A DNA stretch of 64,000 nucleotides. It comes from Ignavibacteriota bacterium. Its GTDB lineage: Bacteria; Bacteroidota; Ignavibacteria; UBA10030; UBA6906. The stretch lies in the NCBI GenBank assembly GCA_963801355.1, contig CAWDEM010000004.1, forward strand, positions 640,001 through 704,000, given 5' to 3'. Position numbers and translations under genes: made by a program. Position 1 is the first letter of the stretch. Every line of letters begins with the position of its first letter. The notes below the pieces were generated by a model, which saw only the letters and a list, made by a program, of their open reading frames with translations, had not been told where the DNA came from and searched no databases. This document shows, in pieces, positions 60,701 to 64,000 of this stretch.

Positions 60701-61128
60701 AGTTGCGGCCTGCCCTGCTGGATCAACTCGGCCTTATGGCGGCGATGGAATGGCAGGCAAAGGAATGGGAGGCCCGCACGGGTATTACATGCTGCCTCCA
60801 CAAACAGTCCGAGGAGCCACACGTTTCCCACGAGCAGGCAACCCAACTCTTTCGTATCTTCCAGGAGCTGCTTACCAATGTGGCCAGGCACGCCCACGCG
60901 ACATCGGTCGAAGTGATCCTGGGCTATGCCGCAGACGAATTGTATCTGGAGGTCAGTGACAACGGCCAGGGAATTCATGAAGAAGAAATTCATCGCCCTA
61001 AGTCACTCGGCATTGTCGGCATGGAGGAACGTGCGGCGCGAATCGGAGGGAGCATGCACTTCACCGGACAGCCCGGCGGCGGCACGACGGTTCGTGTGAC
61101 CTTTCCCATCGAACAGGGTGAACTATGA
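57778..61128 (+). CDS. Membrane sensor kinase: periplasmic beta-propellers, Y_Y_Y-like domain, TM, PAS and NarX-type HisKA_3 kinase
   Basis: Repeated D..G..W.GT blades, TM helix, EEER..SREIHDELGQ, LRP..LD..GL, QELLTNVARHA. Confidence 0.9.
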   Translation: MTARVVSLAFLLFLISACPISSPSQINRIYEGWRWVRFGTESGLPSERILKVLETPRGEVWAQTSHGLAWFDEFRWNHVPIAEVSYSVQAKYGFAPDSIGLLLFTSKKAYHVDQDTVHPIDLRSNGKAVRLLAGQWSQGVRIFVGDSLLLRESGGTLQPFPSPYDTHLKPNAPPRVFMSGITFTRHSMLVNTQEALYRYNGHQWDKLISSPIYYLRVTHFEENDAGSGAAVLETTIGRPDVYFWNPGGELRHRPQEGGDGVISLDVSPDGETLLLLASGELRLHTRSGTQTLPPFPSPVNFPRYIRFRPNGDLWVCTERGLFLCRLKSNRWSSWATGKTMAGKIVSSIARSRDGSFWVGTREGLYVRSADGSSRFIRSIGGQALNRVTAITEDREGNMWIGSGSTFPGAYRWDGKKWRHFGPAEGLDAPRVHEIVLTRSGKLWFMGMAAGQIYRIPPAEPGVFCYEGGTFSHIGPADGLLDGRAYAMVEDRDSALWFGTLTGLSRLFHGTWQYWRCGQEFSNHAVFTLAVDSTNRLWFGRRWEGLGYIDSTGTARSYTVEDGLVSNQVWDLQVDPDGRLWIGTMEGIGSYDGTTWMNFEASAGLTNSEIWSILYADRRIYAGSQGGGVSILDLDQIDAIPPRLTLETPLVDEGRATLSWTVNAYWGDVAPAEIRTRHRLGDSPWSAWNPERTVSFSLLRPGNYRFDVELHPASRKGPAKIASVDFSIPPPLYLRPSVAVPLVLLGILVLALAAAIWERKRRFDRAVRESEARFRAQYRSNPIPTFTWKHSGKELYLVDVNDAALALSLGSVAAWVGRSLREIIKDMPESIAQIEQCYASQSVVREERQYRSLTEARTADLIVIHSYVPPDMVLTHVEDVTERKLAEGKVRESREQLRALAARLESVREEERTQLSREIHDELGQLMTGLKMDLSWLRKRVHEMGGRVADGIEGRIQQMNGMLDDSIHTVRKIAGQLRPALLDQLGLMAAMEWQAKEWEARTGITCCLHKQSEEPHVSHEQATQLFRIFQELLTNVARHAHATSVEVILGYAADELYLEVSDNGQGIHEEEIHRPKSLGIVGMEERAARIGGSMHFTGQPGGGTTVRVTFPIEQGEL

Positions 61129-61757
61129 TTCGAATCTTGATCGCGGATGATCATCCCGTCGTGCGTCGGGGCGTACGGCAGACCCTGGCTGAAGAATTCG
61201 CCGGCTGTGAAGTCGTTGAAGCGGAAACCGCGGCGGAGCTGATCTCACTTGTCCATTCCGGCGTCTGGAGCGTCGTGATTCTGGATCTCTCTCTTCCTGA
61301 CAGGAACGGACTCGATGTGCTGAAAGAATTGCAGGTTGATTATCCGGACCTGCCGGTGGTGATCCTGAGCATGCATCCGGAGGACCAGTTTGCCGTCCGG
61401 ATGATGCGGGCGGGTGCCTCGGCATATATTACCAAGGAAAGCGCCTCCGACGAGCTGGCACAGGCTGTCCGTCACGCTCTCGCCCACAGAAAGTACATGA
61501 GCGCGGCGCTCAGCGAGCGGCTGGCTCTGGAAGCAGTCCTGGAAGACGGCGCCAAGTCTCAAATGCTCTCTGATCGGGAGATGCAGGTGCTGTGTCTGAT
61601 CGCGGAGGGGAAGACCCTCACAGAAATCTCCGAAATCCTGATCCTGAGCGTCAAGACTGTAAGTACATACAGAGCAAGGCTTCTGGAGAAGCTTGATGTC
61701 AAGACGAACGCGGATCTCGTGCATTATGCGATTTCGCACGGATATGCGAGGATGTAG
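61125..61757 (+). CDS. NarL/LuxR-family response regulator
   Basis: IADDH, LDLSLP, LSDRE...SVKTVSTYR HTH. Confidence 0.95.
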   Translation: MIRILIADDHPVVRRGVRQTLAEEFAGCEVVEAETAAELISLVHSGVWSVVILDLSLPDRNGLDVLKELQVDYPDLPVVILSMHPEDQFAVRMMRAGASAYITKESASDELAQAVRHALAHRKYMSAALSERLALEAVLEDGAKSQMLSDREMQVLCLIAEGKTLTEISEILILSVKTVSTYRARLLEKLDVKTNADLVHYAISHGYARM

Positions 61758-61762
61758 CCGTC

Positions 61763-61823
61763 TGTAGGAATCTTCCTACAGGCCCTTCCGAAATTCCTAC
61801 ATGTACCTTCCTGTTTTCCTACA
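61763..61823. promoter_or_regulatory. Array of TTCCTACA operator boxes (one palindrome plus phased direct repeats)
   Basis: TGTAGGAA-tc-TTCCTACA at 61763-61780; TTCCTACA again at 61794 and 61816. Confidence 0.7.
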
Positions 61824-61934
61824 CGAGAATCAGCGTTTCAGGAATTGACCCTCTCCTCGCACCGGTGTACATTGCCCGCACTGGAGTGCAGCTGGAAGTT
61901 TGATAAAACCGCCGGGATCCATCGGGGGGAGCGT

Positions 61935-62357
61935 ATGGTTGAGATTGCAGGTTTGACCGTGGCGGTTGGTCACGGGCATGCACATGTGCGCGACGGAATC
62001 AGACAGATCCTTCTTGGAGAGATTCACGCCGCACGTGTTGTAGAAGCAAGGAACGCCAAAGAGATGGAAGCGCTGCTGAAGCAACACCACCCGCGTGTGA
62101 TCGTGCTGAGCGATTCTTTTCCGGGGCAGCCGATCCAGGAACAGTTGGCGATTTTTCGGAAAATTGACCAATCCATGCGATGCATTGTCCTGAGCGGTTA
62201 TCCTCATGACAGCGTCAATGCGCTCCTGTTAGAAGCTGGAGCAGACGCCGTCATCATGGAAGAGAAAATTATAGACGATCTTGTTCCTGTCGTAAAGAGT
62301 GTGCTTGGGGAGGAAAACAATTCCTGTCGGGGCCTCGTGGAAGACAGTTTGCGGTAG
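61935..62357 (+). CDS. Pseudo-receiver domain protein
   Basis: NarL-like receiver pattern (VRDGIRQIL, VVEA, CIVLSG, AGADA) without the acidic pocket or conserved Lys. Confidence 0.6.
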   Translation: MVEIAGLTVAVGHGHAHVRDGIRQILLGEIHAARVVEARNAKEMEALLKQHHPRVIVLSDSFPGQPIQEQLAIFRKIDQSMRCIVLSGYPHDSVNALLLEAGADAVIMEEKIIDDLVPVVKSVLGEENNSCRGLVEDSLR

Positions 62358-62534
62358 ACGGCTGAGCTCGGGGAAGAGCCGTCTGTGTCCGCACTGTCTT
62401 CCAAGGACCTTTGCAGATCACGTCCCACCCCGGATGTACTCATCCACTCCTCCTCTCTCCAGCCATTACCTCATCAATCTCATTGCAGCTGACACTCCTC
62501 CATTGTATCTTTGGAAGTCCACACCAGTCATCCT

Positions 62535-64000
62535 ATGACCGATCCGCATCGTCAACTCGCCGCATTCCGCGCCTTGCTGAACCGCCTGCAGGTGGAGATC
62601 GGCAAAAGGGAACAGGCTCACCGCGCCGCCCTTGAGGCCGTCGACCCTTCATTGCGCGGGAGCGCCCGCAATTTCCTGGCGTTCCTGGCTGTGCAGGACA
62701 GCTCGACGCCGGCGCTGAAGAGATTTTTCGAGACCCTCGGGATGCAATTCCCGGCCGTACGGCCCGCGCGCATCACCATAGGAATCCAGAGGGCGCGCTG
62801 GTTATTGGAGGCTCTCACAGGCGTTGGACAGACGCCCCCCCTCCTTCATCGTGAACAGGACGACGGGCTTGCACAACGGTCGGAAGATCTGCTGGGCCGG
62901 AAGCGCAAAGGCTTCTCCTCGCACATCATGGTGACACTTCCCGATGCAGCGGTGACCGACCGGAACGTGGTGAAAGATCTCCTCAAAGCGGGAATGACCA
63001 TCGCCCGGATCAATTGTGCGCAGAACGGCAGGCGGGAGTGGAATGCGATGATCCGGAATGTCCGCCTTGCAAGCCGTACAACCAGACTGCCGTGCCGGAT
63101 CCTGATGGACCTCTCTGGCCCGAAACTCCGGACGGGGCATATGGTTCCCGGACCACGGGTTGCGCATCTGCGGCCGCGCCGGGACCTTTTTGGCCGCACC
63201 GCGGCACCCGCAGTCGTCAGGCTTAGCCGACCCTCCTCGCGTCCACAAGAAGGCCATCCCACGGTCATTCCCGTGCCGCAGCGCTGGCTCGCCGGAATTC
63301 GCAGAGGCGACCGGATATCATTCATCGATGTACGGGGAAAGAAACGCAGGTTGACTGCCGGGAGAAGTCAGTCCGGTGTTCGGCTGGCGGAGATCCACGA
63401 GACGGCATACGTGCAGAGCGGGACACGGCTGGATCATGTGGATCGGCGCGGTCGTCACCGCATCGCGCGAATCGGCGTACTCCCGCGCGTGGAAATGAAG
63501 ATTCCTCTGCGTCCGGGTGACATCCTGGTCGTCCACAACGACCCCCGGCCCGGCGAACCCGCGCAACACAATGCGAACGGCAAGGTGCTCCGTCCGGCTC
63601 ACATCTCCTGTACTCTGCCCGGGGTGTTTCAGTGTGTCAGAGCGGGAGATCCCGTGATGTTCGACAACGGGATCATCCAGGGTGTCGTTCAGAAGAAGTC
63701 CAGAAGAGAATTCCGGGTGCGTATCGCCCGGACAGCCGGTGAAGAACGGACGTTGCGTGCCGACAAGGGGATGAATCTTCCCCGTACGGTGGTGCATACC
63801 CCGGTGCTGACGGCGAAAGACCGCAGGGATCTCCGGTTCGCCGCAAACCACGCGGATCTTGTGAGCCTGTCATTCGTGAGAACAGCGGAGGATGTGGAGC
63901 GACTGCAGGAGAGCGTGGAGCGGGTACGGGGAAGAAAACCCGGGATCGTGATCAAGATCGAAACGTGCGAAGCGGTGCGACAGCTTCCGTCAATAGTCCT
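62535..64000 (+). CDS. pyk: Pyruvate kinase, long type (runs off the window end)
   Basis: Manual translation from ATG 62535: SARNFLAFL, HIMVTLP, GMTIARINCA, ILMDLSGPKLRTG, DKGMNLP, SLSFVR, IVIKIET. Absent from the ORF track because there is no stop codon in the window. Confidence 0.88.
   Translation, partial: MTDPHRQLAAFRALLNRLQVEIGKREQAHRAALEAVDPSLRGSARNFLAFLAVQDSSTPALKRFFETLGMQFPAVRPARITIGIQRARWLLEALTGVGQTPPLLHREQDDGLAQRSEDLLGRKRKGFSSHIMVTLPDAAVTDRNVVKDLLKAGMTIARINCAQNGRREWNAMIRNVRLASRTTRLPCRILMDLSGPKLRTGHMVPGPRVAHLRPRRDLFGRTAAPAVVRLSRPSSRPQEGHPTVIPVPQRWLAGIRRGDRISFIDVRGKKRRLTAGRSQSGVRLAEIHETAYVQSGTRLDHVDRRGRHRIARIGVLPRVEMKIPLRPGDILVVHNDPRPGEPAQHNANGKVLRPAHISCTLPGVFQCVRAGDPVMFDNGIIQGVVQKKSRREFRVRIARTAGEERTLRADKGMNLPRTVVHTPVLTAKDRRDLRFAANHADLVSLSFVRTAEDVERLQESVERVRGRKPGIVIKIETCEAVRQLPSIV

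Noticed and set aside
61763-61823. TTCCTACA repeats as a mini-CRISPR
   Set aside because: Repeats of 8 bp with 13-14 bp spacers are far too short, and no cas genes are present.
62440-62530. Pyrimidine-rich CTCCTC tract upstream of pyk
   Set aside because: Low complexity with no consistent period or structure.
62618-63955. Short ORFs listed in the track at the window end
   Set aside because: They are explained by a single open + strand pyruvate kinase frame from 62535 that runs off the window.
24700-64000. Island as a mobile element
   Set aside because: No integrase, transposase, tRNA or flanking direct repeats were seen; composition shift could not be computed.

Overview
This is bacterial DNA of moderately high GC. 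PorZ, DUF3109 and DUF3276 genes and the gene order suggest an Ignavibacteria/Chlorobi-like member of the Bacteroidota superphylum (inference). Bases 1-24.7 kb are mostly housekeeping: rnc (partial), a fabF-acpP-fabG-fabD-fabH-plsX-rpmF-yceD cluster, porZ, ribH, a Crp regulator, an Omp85/BamB-like trio, pgi/pmi, ptsI/ptsH, isoprenoid genes, metK and ahcY. From 24.7 kb to the end, all genes lie on the + strand and form what looks like an anaerobic energy-metabolism island. (1) A cytoplasmic PAS kinase and a sigma54 activator. (2) A ~15 kb operon encoding a possible quinone-to-cell-surface electron conduit. It has seven multiheme c cytochromes (81 heme-binding motifs counted by eye), CbcL-like fused and split cytochrome b/c modules, an ImcH-like protein, a Rieske/cytochrome b pair, a beta-barrel and a surface lipoprotein cytochrome. 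(3) A second operon: ccmF, ferredoxin, Acg nitroreductase, methionine gamma-lyase, a 4-subunit 2-oxoacid:ferredoxin oxidoreductase, and a beta-decarboxylating dehydrogenase / HMG-CoA-lyase-like / family III CoA-transferase / LeuCD-like set, followed by hemN and a NarL-type two-component system. That enzyme set may form an undescribed CoA-dependent citramalate-type (or homocitrate-type) pathway. Both operons are preceded by matching sigma54-like promoters (TGGCAC-N5-TTGA) and a shared TTCCCA-N4-TYGGAA palindrome 97-98 bp upstream. A partial pyruvate kinase ends the window. No rRNA, tRNA, CRISPR or mobile element was recognised. All calls come from reading motifs by eye; no database searches were run.
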